A stretch of 64,000 nucleotides of DNA from Oculina patagonica (taxonomy: Eukaryota). This document shows positions 15,884 through 27,800 of this stretch, in pieces. The notes under the pieces are model-generated. The model made no database searches, was not told the origin of the DNA, and saw only the letters and a list, made by a program, of their open reading frames with translations. The translations under genes and the position numbers were made by a program. Numbering within the stretch: the first letter of the stretch is position 1; every line of letters begins with the position of its first letter. The stretch spans positions 45,260,001 to 45,324,000 of the forward strand of contig NC_135759.1 in NCBI RefSeq assembly GCF_052425735.1, written 5' to 3'.

Positions 15884-18800
15884 ATGAAGCCAGGCGAAGG
15901 TAAGCGAGTGATGGTATTCCTATTTTCAGGGCAATTGCTGACGTGTTTTTACATGAATGTTGAAGCTAGATTTGCCTCTTTTTAATGCACTTTAACGCCA
16001 AATCTTCTGTAAAAATTTATGGCATTTATAAGGTAAGCTGTATTAGTTTTACAAAGTCATTTTATATTCGAACGATTCACCAGTGGTGAGAACATTCGAC
16101 CTGAAGCTTATGTAAATTTCTTCTTAGGAAAACCCGAAGTTTATTGATGTGTTGTGTTCGCAACCAATTAAGCTTACTCCCGTCAGATTTGTGTACATAC
16201 AGCGAGCCATTAAATCACACTGCAGTTTGAGTCTAGCATGGCACTGTTAGGTTACTAGAGTAGCACTTCCCTTGAATATAAACTATGTCGTTATGCAAAT
16301 CTGCAGGTACAAGCATGTTTTCTTGCATGAAATATTCTTCATCCTGTAAAGTGTATGTTTGCTCGCTTGTGTTAAGCTTTTAACATACATAAGGCCGTTT
16401 GGGGGTTATATAATACACTTTATTTTGATTTTGGCAGCTCTAGTTTCTGGATAGAACAGTGCTCTTTATTAAGAAAAAAAATAAAGAAGCTGCAGTCATC
16501 AGTGATATAAAACTTGCATGAAGACAGACCATTAATTAGAATGTAGCTTATATATATTGTGATGTCTGGTTTGTATTATGCATACATGAGTCATACGCCT
16601 TTGAAAACAGATAACACTACATTGTAAAATGTTCTCAATTATCCATGTACATGTCAGGACATACATCCATGAAAAATCATTTATAAGAAAATAATAAAAT
16701 TACAAGATAAATTCCAGAAGATACAAATATATAAATTGATAAGGACTCTGAGGAAAAAAACATATAATCCAGGCCCGTAGGGTGGGGGGGTTCGAGGGGT
16801 TCGAACGAACCCCCTAAAATTGTTGAAGTCGGCATTTTGGGGGGGTTGAAAAGATAAAAAAAATTACACAAAACAGTCAAAAGACTGTGGCCGGTCGATA
16901 ACACGGACGACTGTACATTCCTTGCCAGGATTATCGGAGGTAGCCTCAACATTTTGACACTATAATGAGAAGTTCTAATCTTTTGGATTGGTTAATGAGG
17001 CCTTCCAAGGAGTTTTGGCAACAGGCGACATTGCTCCAAAATTGCTAAAAAGTAGTGACAATCTTGTTCAAGAGCAACGACAAGCAACAGAAACTAGCAC
17101 TAAAAGGATGTATATTTGGGACAGCGACAACGTTTCCCTCACCAAATAAGCGACTGGTGGGTTAAAAATGAGGGACATAGCAATCTCAGACAACCCCTTG
17201 GAAGGCCTCGTTAATTGATGTTCGTCTTGCTTTCCATCCTCGTCGTGGCGCCCGCGGCAATCAGAACTAGCAGTTAGTTGTCTGGATAAGCAAGCATGCG
17301 CATTTGTCAGAAACCAAATTTTCAAGATGTCTAAATGCACACACTCATTTCTTAACTTTTAAGAATATTTTTAGAATGAAAATTTCTTTCCGACGAGTAA
17401 ATATTTAAGGAAAATGCATCCCACCTCAGAATGATGTCAAAATGCAGTAAATGGCACTTGAAAGAACCTAAATTTGCAAAATTTCCTGGGGGGGGGGGGG
17501 GGGCTCGTGCCTTCGGCGCTCGTGTTAGTGCCTCCGGCGCTAAAAAATACCTCCCAAAAATAAAAGAACCCCCTTTAATAGAATCCACCCTACGGGCCTG
17601 TAATCCCAGATAAGAGAGCCTCTATGTTGGGACAAAGGTCAAAATCATTAGCATACATGTATGGTTCAATTTTCAAACAGGGACTAGACTTTTGGCCTTA
17701 TTTCCATCAATCCCTATTTCTGTCGTATTTTGCTATGCTAAGCAGATTTTGGTCTCCAACAGCGTTAGGTAAATGTCAAAATCCATTAGATTTTTTCAGG
17801 GAAATAAATAGATAGTTAAAATAAAGGCGGAAAATTATGTAAGGATCCACATGATACATCTACACAATTTGGCTGCCACTCAGTGGGATAACGTAGACAG
17901 GTTCTGACTGGTCAAGCCATGAAAATGTGTTGTGTTGTCCTTGCTTTAAAAATTAGTGGAAAAAGCAGGGCTTGAAAAAATATTCTCTGGCTATTTTTTT
18001 TTTGTTTCAATATCAGCTTAAAGCTGTTCCATCTAAATTGAAGTTGATATCTTTGCCTGTAATAAGCTCTCTTTCATTTGGTGGAATAAGCAGGGAGCTG
18101 GTTCTTGGAGGTATATACATTCCTAAGATTTCAAGGCTGTATTTTAACGATTATTTAATATTATTCAACGAAAGTAAGTTGAAGTACACATTTTGCAAAT
18201 AAGTAAAATAAAGTTCATTGTTTGCTAGTTCTAACAGGGCCAGAAAGTGAGGTTGCAGAGGAGATGGAGTGCGAGATGCAAGCCAGAGACTTCTTTGTTC
18301 ACATAGGAATGCTTATAGTGGAAGGACGGACACCCCAGCACTCCGACAAGGGAAGGGTTGAAGGGCCTCACTGTCTGTCTCTGTTTAGTGTGGCTCCTCA
18401 TGTGTGTGACCCTCAACGGGACTATAATGTAAGTGTGCTGTAACTTTAAAAAGTCTACTGACTGACTGATCAGTTGATCAAAAGAGAATTTTATTGTTAT
18501 TTAAGCAGTTGAAAATAAAGCCTGAAAAATTCAGGCTGGGTATAAAATTTATAGAACTCAGAAAAAATAAGTTAATAAAAAATAAATACAGTTTAGGTAC
18601 ATGAAACTAAATTGTAGAACTTGACTAGTCTGCTGTCTTGACGTTGACTACTTGTAGCTCCCAGTAAGTGCATAGCTCGTAGAGCATATGCCCAGGAATC
18701 GCAAACATTTGTGACATTTGTTATGGGTTAAAAATCTGTTGTACAGACTAAGCTTTGTTCAAATTTTTATCTTCAAGTTGATTCATGTACCTTGAACTAC

Positions 18801-21800
18801 GGGATAATTAGATGCTTATGGGCATTTGCTATTTTTCGAATACATTAATTTTGTGGATTTTTGTATTTTTCTAGTGTCAGAAAGTATTTGAAAGGAAAGA
18901 AAAGATGAATGTATTGTGGCAGAACAGCTCACCCATGGTCATAACTGTACTGACACAAGCACCTGATGATAACAGTTTGATTTTACTAGAAAGATGGACA
19001 GTTGAAGCAGTTGATGGGTAAGCTATACTGCTCTCACTGGGTATAAATAATTGTAACTGTTGAATTTACATGTAGCTTATTGTAATTTAGGCAAGGTTAA
19101 CTTCAAGACAATGCCAGTCAGCAGTTCCCCCTCCTTGTGACCTTTGAGCCCACTGCTGGGAGCACCTCATGGTTTGCATTCACATTTGCTTGCTATTGCC
19201 TTACTGGCATTCAATAATTATTATGGCCATTTTGCCAGCCAAATTATCAACTTTTTCCCTCTCTGCCCTTTGGTTAGTATCTGGCTTAGTAAGTTTTCCA
19301 TTGACTGGTTCAGTGTGATGGTGTCTTTGGTGGTGATCGCTTGCAGGGTTACCATGGATACATCCACATGCCCAACTGCTGTCTGGCTACAGGGATTGGG
19401 TGTCTGACTGGGAACAATGTCTGTTGTGACTACAGGTGGAGTCCGATGCAGGAGTGACAGCCCCTGCCGCAAGTGCGTTCAGGTGAAAGCTGAGGCTGTA
19501 ATGTTTGTCACTAAGACTCGGACGCACACAGCGACATCTTGAATTGTTTATTCAACAACACAACTGGTCACGTGCAACATAATGTATTCTAATTTATGCA
19601 AGCTTAAACATGACAGAGGCTATCTCTTAGCTGGAGGCTGGGCCTTCCTGAGGAGTCATTTCTCTTCAGCTTTCTGCATCAGCTCAGTTTCAAACTGGGT
19701 GGGTCACTTTTGCACTTCAAGTTTCCAGGCAACTCTATCTGTCTGCAGCAACTGCCTCCCAGGTGTTGACGTTGATGCCAAGTGCTTTGAGGTTGCATAA
19801 AATAATTTGCATCTTTGAATTGCTGCTGGGGTCGATCTTGCTATTGGCCTTTTCCCTTGATCTGCCAACCCTCCATAAAGGAGGTCCTTGGGGATGTGGC
19901 TGTCCTTCATGCGTGTGACAAGTACCCACCAATTTATCCATCTCTGTTATATATGCTTGCAAAAGATGGTCACATGCGCAAGCAGTTTCTGTGTCGTTAA
20001 TATTGCAGTCATGTAATTCCAGTGATTTTTGTTAACAGTGGGTTTTTTTCTCCTGTCAACAGGGCAGATGCTGTTCAGGGCTGTAGTGGAAGCATGCTGA
20101 TTCAAGCCATCAGGTCACACATTCATTTTTCTCAGCTCAGTGCTTGGTTGAGCAGAAGTAAAGGTTCTATTCCTTCTCACATCATCTACAGGTCAGTATT
20201 TACAGCATTAACTACATGAAATTATTCTGATGCAACTAGTACACGAGACTTACACACAAACTTTATAGTCCACGTGCACCTTAATCTAATAACCGAGGTT
20301 GATGGCAGGCAACTCTCCAGACTGTATAAATTTTAGGGTCTGATAATTTACAAATAATGTACAGAGGCATTATGTATTTTGGCAGTAATGGTTAGCATGT
20401 TGGAAAAGTCAGTTAGTTTGGGTTAAGCGCTGGGTGGGGTCACTTTGTTGTGTTCTTGAGGAAAAAGTTTACTTATCTCTCAAAGTGTCCAGGATTGTTA
20501 ATGAGTACCAGTCCCTAGTGGATTTAAAGAACATGGAAACTGGATTTAAAGCACCAGATTGTAATTTTTGGAGTCACCTTAAGTTTTCTTTATTACGAGC
20601 AAGACAGCTATTTTAGACTGCATGTTAAATGTTTCTTTTTACCTTCACAGCTCTGTAGATGTACAATGTACTTGTTCATCAACTTTTGGAAACTTATTTC
20701 TAACTCAAAACTAAAAACTAAACTCAGTACTCCAATGGACAAAATAATGTTGGAACTGATGCTTATATTGTTTGTTATCTACCTGGGCATAATTTAATTA
20801 CAAAACCTGCCTTCAAGGGAAGGGTGATGGTTGACAAGCAAGGTGGCATGTTTAAGGGGTCAGTTGCACCTTAAAATAAAATTAAAAATATTTTACAATA
20901 CACTGTTTTTCAAATTTTACACTTACAAGTTAATTCTGCACTGAGTAATTACAATTTTCTTAACTTATTGTTGCCAGAATATGTGAGACTGGAGATGAAT
21001 CACCACCAAGCTGGCTTTACAAAAGATTCTGATTGTCATGTATTTCCATTGGCAAATCTTCATAGCAACAGAGTCCTGCGTGTCAGTGTTCAATCCTTAC
21101 CAAGATGTGACATCTACAACTTTACTGATGAAATCCTGGCATCTAAGATCAATCTTCTTAGCGCTGGCCACAAACAGAAAAACAAGGAAAGCAAAGACTT
21201 GCCTAAGACCGCGGACTCGAATGATGAATTGTTGAGTTCTCCGTTAAAGAAGAAATCGTGCATCAAAGAACTTGAAACCAATCATCATTTACAGACATTA
21301 AATGACAATAATCTTACTAATAAACAGAATAGTTTTAAAGACTTTTCAAAACCTTCAACAAGTAGAACTTTGGTTGAGCAAGTAGCAAGAACCTGTGACC
21401 AGAATTTATTAATATCTCCAAAGATCTCTCAAGACTGTTTAAAAGGAAGTTATTTGAAAATTCGCAGCCTTAGTGAAGGAACAGCTGGAGCCAAATTACA
21501 CGGACAAACAAATCAAAACAACTGCATTAACAATGTACATCAACCTACACACAATTTAGAAATAAAGCAGGTAAGGTTACTTATGTTAGTCTGTTATGCA
21601 TTTATTTGACATGTAAGCTCAGAATGAAAATGCACCAGCTAAGTGGCCTTTTAATGAATTTCACCCCATAATAATTATGTGCTCTTCAAAACAACGTTTT
21701 AACAATAAAATGAAACTGATTTTAACTTGCTGAATTTTAGCAAAACTGTGATCACAAGAAATTTTCAGATCAGTGTCAAACCTCCGCAAATGTCACAATT

Positions 21801-24800
21801 CCCAAAGGAGTCCTTCAAGCACTTCAAAGCCGGCGTGTTGGTGCAGGAACTCTTCCAATCTTCAATTCAAGAACAGGGCTGCCTGTTTCATCCAGCCCAG
21901 TAAGTTAGTCTCATTTTCTAAATGTATCTTTTTTTAGTGCAGAATGCACTATTGTGATGGTTTGTTGGGGCTGTCGTCCGCTAAACCCCTAAAGCCCTAA
22001 ACCCCTAAACCCCTAAAGCGCTATGGTGTAAACTTTAATAGTCAATTAATTAATTAATATCAATTAATTAATTATTCCTTGTGGAGGGGGTGGGGGTGGG
22101 GAGCACCTGACCGTACCCCTAGGTAAAACCTGGAGCACATCTACGTTACTTTCATATGAAGATCTCAAAGGTATATATTTGTTTCAGAAAACCCTTTGCT
22201 CTCCTTGTGGTATACTACTCGACGTTCTAGGGCAACGTACTTTACCCCAAACGCATGCGCACTTTAGTATACGTTTTTTGCTGGAACTCTCATAAACATC
22301 GCTTGTATTGCGTGTTTGTTGTTGGATTCCTGCAGACTTCGTGGCGCCAAGTGAAAACCGCAAATTAATTAAATTAGATTTTTAGACTTTCACAGCACTT
22401 TCAAAATTAGGAATGCAAAAACTTGCACCGAGATTTTCGGCGTGAAAATCCTGATAACCAGGAAACAAATATCCTAGCTTTACTGCGTTTTAAAAAACCT
22501 TTCGAAAGAGATGTTTTTTGTCTAGATTTGCTCTTTACTTTTTGAGAAACGTCTTTCGTGCGGTTTTATCCGCAACTTAATTAAATTTAAGTGAAATAAT
22601 TGGCTTTATTATTGAAAGGAAGACAAATGCCATCGATTTCGCCGTGAAACAAAAAAAAAGAGACAAACGAACAAAAGGTCACGTTACGGCATTTTCAAGG
22701 AAAACAACCAAAGTATCTTGTTACAAAAAAACAGAAGTATCGTGTTACGTTTGCAAAGATTAGCGTAACAAAAACCCGGGAAGGAATACAAGTGGTGTTT
22801 CAGCATCTAATTGCAAAAAAATAAGGCAAATAAACACGAACATAAAACAATACTTTCAATTGTCGACTCCATTGCATTCTGCACTGTCCTTTGAGTCTCT
22901 GAGTTCAAATTATTTTCAACTGATTTTTAATGTATGCAATTTTGTTTATTGTCAGGCCCCTCTTCGGCGCTCAGCTACAGATTTGGACATTGAGGATGAT
23001 AACAAAGAATTAGCAAAGTATGCTTCGTACAATTAAATCATAAATCTGAGTTAACTAAGTTATAAGTAGACCTGTTGGTGACTGACATCTTGACAACCTG
23101 AGCAGAAGTCATCTTCAGAGTCAACAACTTAGTGGATTTTCTTCACTTGACTCTGAATTGAAGGTGACTTCCGCTCAGGTTGTCGAAACTTCAGTCACCA
23201 ACAACAGTTCTTCTCTCAGAACTTCTCTTACCTGAACAATCACACTATACAACCGAGGGCTTTGTGTAGTTAAAAATTGATTTGAACAATGTAGTTTAAT
23301 AAATCAAACATGATGATTTTATCTTTTCAACAACACAGTGGATTTCCAAACAAGTCAAGCAACAGAGACCTAACGGCCATACTCAGTAAAAGTGCACCAG
23401 CTTCTACAACACAGAGTCTGCTTGGAAACTTTGAGGTAATCTGTGGGTGGCATGAGTAGTGACAAGAACAGTGATACTCTAGTCAGGGTTTCATATAATT
23501 GAGGGTTGTCACAAAGTGCGAGGCAGCAGGGCATGTGATCCATTCCGATAAGCCTACATAGCACTTCTGTCAGTTAGCCTTATTTGTAGTTGTCTCGTAC
23601 GCCTTGCTGCCTTGCACAAGTTTTTGTAAGACTCTTTAATGGACCTCAGTATATAATAGTTAAATGCCTCGAGGACACATGAAGGATGAGGTGATCAGTA
23701 GTAAATTAGGAGGCTCTTCAGGCAAAACCTGAGATGTTGATGGAAATCAGCTAAGGTTTCAGAACATAGCTTTGTGCAAGAAACGTAGATTTTTCTGCAT
23801 GTGAAGACACTTGAAGCCATTTTGGAACATACAGACTGTAAAGGCTTGGACTGAACTAAAATGACAATCTCTTTGTAGATGTTTGCATATCATACACAAC
23901 GATAAGCCAGTGTCCCTGTATACAGTGGAACCCCGATATAACGATATGCCAAGGGGGCAGTAAAATTATATCGTTATATCGAGGAATCGTTATATCGGGG
24001 TTCCGTCCCATACATTTTACTATTGCCGGGACATAACATATTCATTGTTATAATTATCGGGAATATCGTTATATCGAAGATCGTTATATCGGGGTTCCAC
24101 TGTATTTGAATGACAGTGAGCATGTAAGAAACGAAAGAGTAATTTGAAAGCAACTCATGCAAGCACAGAATAGGCCATAAAAACAAACCAACGAAAAAAG
24201 CAACTAAAACACAAACTAAGCAACTGTAAATCTGGAAGCAGCAATCAATCCTCAGGTGCTGCCTTCTGTCAAGAACCCTGCATTGTATGCTAGGTGCCAA
24301 TCATGTCCATGGCTACTGACAAAATGTAAGGGAACCAATAAAACTGCTGTTACGGTTATTTGTGATGTTATATCTCTCTTCATCATTTTTCAGGAATCTG
24401 TGTTAAATGGTAGAATGGAGCCATTAGGAACTGTTGAGGTAATGTTTAGTTTATATCCATGTACGTCTACTTTCTAAATAACAGGCCATACTTGTTTTGT
24501 TGTTCAAAATTTTCAATAACCTGTGCAACCAATGAACTTTAGAACTGCATGTGTGTCTCATAATCAGTCCTTTTTGGTGATTGAGTACAAACGGTACATA
24601 TTTGGTGCATTTCATAACAAAGTTCACTCACCCAGATGGCGACAACTGTCAAAATTAAATAAAAGTTAGTTATGAATTAATAGAATTCTTGTGATAATAA
24701 GTCTGGATCTGTAATAATATTAAACAGAGAAAGTTAATATTTCTATCCTGAGACTAACTAAAGGTTCCTTTGTACTTTTATTGCTATACACAGGGATTCA

Positions 24801-27800
24801 CAGCTGAGTTAGGTGCCAGTGGTTGTTTCTGTCCTGCTCACGTCACGCTTCCTGTCAAAGCATATTTCTTCAGTCTCTCTGACGACAATGCTCCATCTCC
24901 TTATTTGGTGAGCTTCTGCCTAGTGTGTAACAAAACAGCAAGCCGTTCAAGAGTAATAGCTTTGAAATGTAAATGCAGTACATGACATCATCAAAATTCT
25001 GAAACCTAATATCTGTTTTATCCTAGGCATTATAAACCGGGTGGGGGTTTGGTGTCCCCCGGTTCATAATCTACCTTCGGTTTTTTTTTTTAGTTTTTTT
25101 GTCGCAAAAATAGAATTGCTGCTCAGTTAGAAATGACCAGTACGACATATAATTGAAAGAATCAAGTTATATATTATGTGTTTTAAATGTAGAACGAAAA
25201 CAACTCTGATATCTCTATCTACAAAGTCTTCAAAAGCGATCAAAGTGCCTTTGACCTTTAATACTGACGGCCGAGTATCGTATATCGCATGTAACGCTTC
25301 AACATAACGCACTTCTTGTTGAACAGCAACAAAAGGAAATAAAACGCTACTGGGTATACGTCTAAAAGCCTTAGGCTTTCTTGTTAGCTAAAAGAGTGGT
25401 TAAACATTAACCACCCGGTTTTGAGCTACTAAGTAGCTTCTTGTTGAATTAAATTGGTCTTGATATTTAGACCTTCACTGGCTGGGAGGGGGGCTTCTAG
25501 AAAAAAAAATGAGAATTTGTGAAGGGGCAGGGAAGTTTACATTGTACAGTTTGGGGGAGGGAGGCAGGAGATTGAGGGGACTTTTGGGAGGTGACCACTA
25601 GACAAAATATGTGTTGATCCGGCCAGGCGCGTAGCAGAGGTTTTTGGAAGGGTGTTCGTATTTACAGGAATATTTTTTAAGGGGGGGTTATATAATATGA
25701 GCACCGAAGGCGCGAGCTTCTAGGGGGGTCTGGGGGCATGTCCTCCCAGAATATTTTGAAATCTATTTTCAGCCGGAAAATGCTATTTTCAGCATTGTGC
25801 ACGTCAATATTTCAAACTGTCAAAGTGTAAAATAACACGTATTTTTAGTCATAACAACAATATTTCTGGCATTTTGTTAACTTGATACATTCATACATAC
25901 ATACCGGCTTAGTACACTAAACGTTTTACAAAAGCTTGACGTGTGCTGCAAAGGCATCTCAGGGTAAAAGGTTAATTAGCCCCCACCCCCCGGCTCCACC
26001 GTCAATGTACTAAAAGCCGCGTCAAAGCGTCAATATGCACTAAATACACGTATCACCTGGGTCCCCCGAAAATTATTGTAATCACCGCATTTCGTCTATT
26101 GATACTCCATTTATGAAATCCCGAACGCCTGTTAAGGAAATATTTTTTCAACGATGGGATTATTTTAAATACATATAATACTAGGTCACTAGGATCCATT
26201 CTCCTAACAATTTAATACTTTCCCGATACTTTTAGCGTTTTCTTGCTGGGTAATTTAAAAGCTGCAACACTCAAAGTTTGTTTTCCATTCCCCAACTATT
26301 TGCTTAAATCTGAAAATCAACAGTTTGTGTTTTCAGTCCTCCATCATTGACCTCCAAAGGGGGTTCGAAGGAGGCGAGGAGGTACTACCTGTATCTCAGT
26401 ACATGTACACAACGATAACATTCAATTTGTAAATAATTGTTTGCTATGTGAACTGTAGGGCTACATAAGTCTGGATGATCCACAAATCAGTCGGAAAGGC
26501 TACCATGTACCAACCAAGGGAACTGTACAGCTTGTAAGTATGAAGTGTTACTACAATCCACAACAGCACAGAATACAAAATGTATTGTTCACTCATGATC
26601 AGTTCAGTCATCCAGCTTGACTCAACAACAACAATGACAGGAAACATTATTTTTATTTCTTCTAAGCATTAAGTTACGTTTCATTAATTTGACTTCCCAT
26701 AATTAGCAAGCTGCCTATTCGAGGTGAATAATGTAAAATGAGAAACTCTTAGACACTAGATCTGTCTGTCGACGTAGGGAGCTGTCTGCTTAAGAGGGAT
26801 TTAGGGTAACCTGGTTGGACAACCACAATATGGCTTAAGGTCATTGCCCTGAAATAGAACTGAACACAATTTTTTAACCAAACTTCGCCTACTGGTTTAT
26901 TACTTTAAGGAAACTTAAATTTTGAAATAAAAAAGGAGGGTCACCAGATTCGTTTAGGAGCAGGAAGACCTTGTATATTCCATATAATTCCTTTAAAATT
27001 CCTCTGCGAGTACTAGCAAAGTACACGTTTTTAGTGATAATTTATTTTTCAAACACAAGAATTGATCTGTTTTCATTTTACAGAAAGAATTTGATCGCTA
27101 CACCCAGAATATGAGAAAAAATTGATAGGTCACCAGACTCGTTTACGAGAAAGCGACAATTTACTTCTCTCGCGGACTAAGCCACATAGAAAAAAGCCGC
27201 CATTTTGTTTCGCTTATTACCCATAAAATACTGCGCAGTAAGGATGCGCAATGCAATACAGGGCAATGACCTTAACTCACTGTGCTGTAGTACATTTAAG
27301 GCAGCTAAATAAATGTAGTAATGAAATTGCTAGTTTTATTAAGAAATAAGAACTAAGCCACATAGAAAAAAGCCGCCATTTTGTTTCGCTTATTACCCAT
27401 AAAATACTGCGCAGTAAGGATGCGCAATGCAATACAGGGCAATGACCTTAACTCACTGTGCTGTAGTACATTTAAGGCAGCTAAATAAATGTAGTAATGA
27501 AATTGCTAGTTTTATTAAGAAATAAGAACGTTACTCTGGTTAAAAATTTTGTAGTAAAATGTTCGTAAAATATCTACAATGTCCCAACGTTTCGGCTTAA
27601 ACTAAAGCCTTCATCAGGGGAAAGTGATAAGTGAATACAAAAAGCACGTTCTTATATAATATGCAAATCGAGAGCTAATGTTTGTCCCTAAAGGCTAAAT
27701 TTAGAAATTTCTAAATTTAGCCTTTAGGGACAAACATTAGCTCTCGATTTGCATATTATATAAGAACGTGCTTTTTGTATTCACTTATCACTTTCCCCTG

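Noticed and set aside
21981-22022. (CCCCTAAA)n as an interstitial telomere
   Set aside because: Not the metazoan TTAGGG unit, only ~5 imperfect copies, and inside a TIR element.
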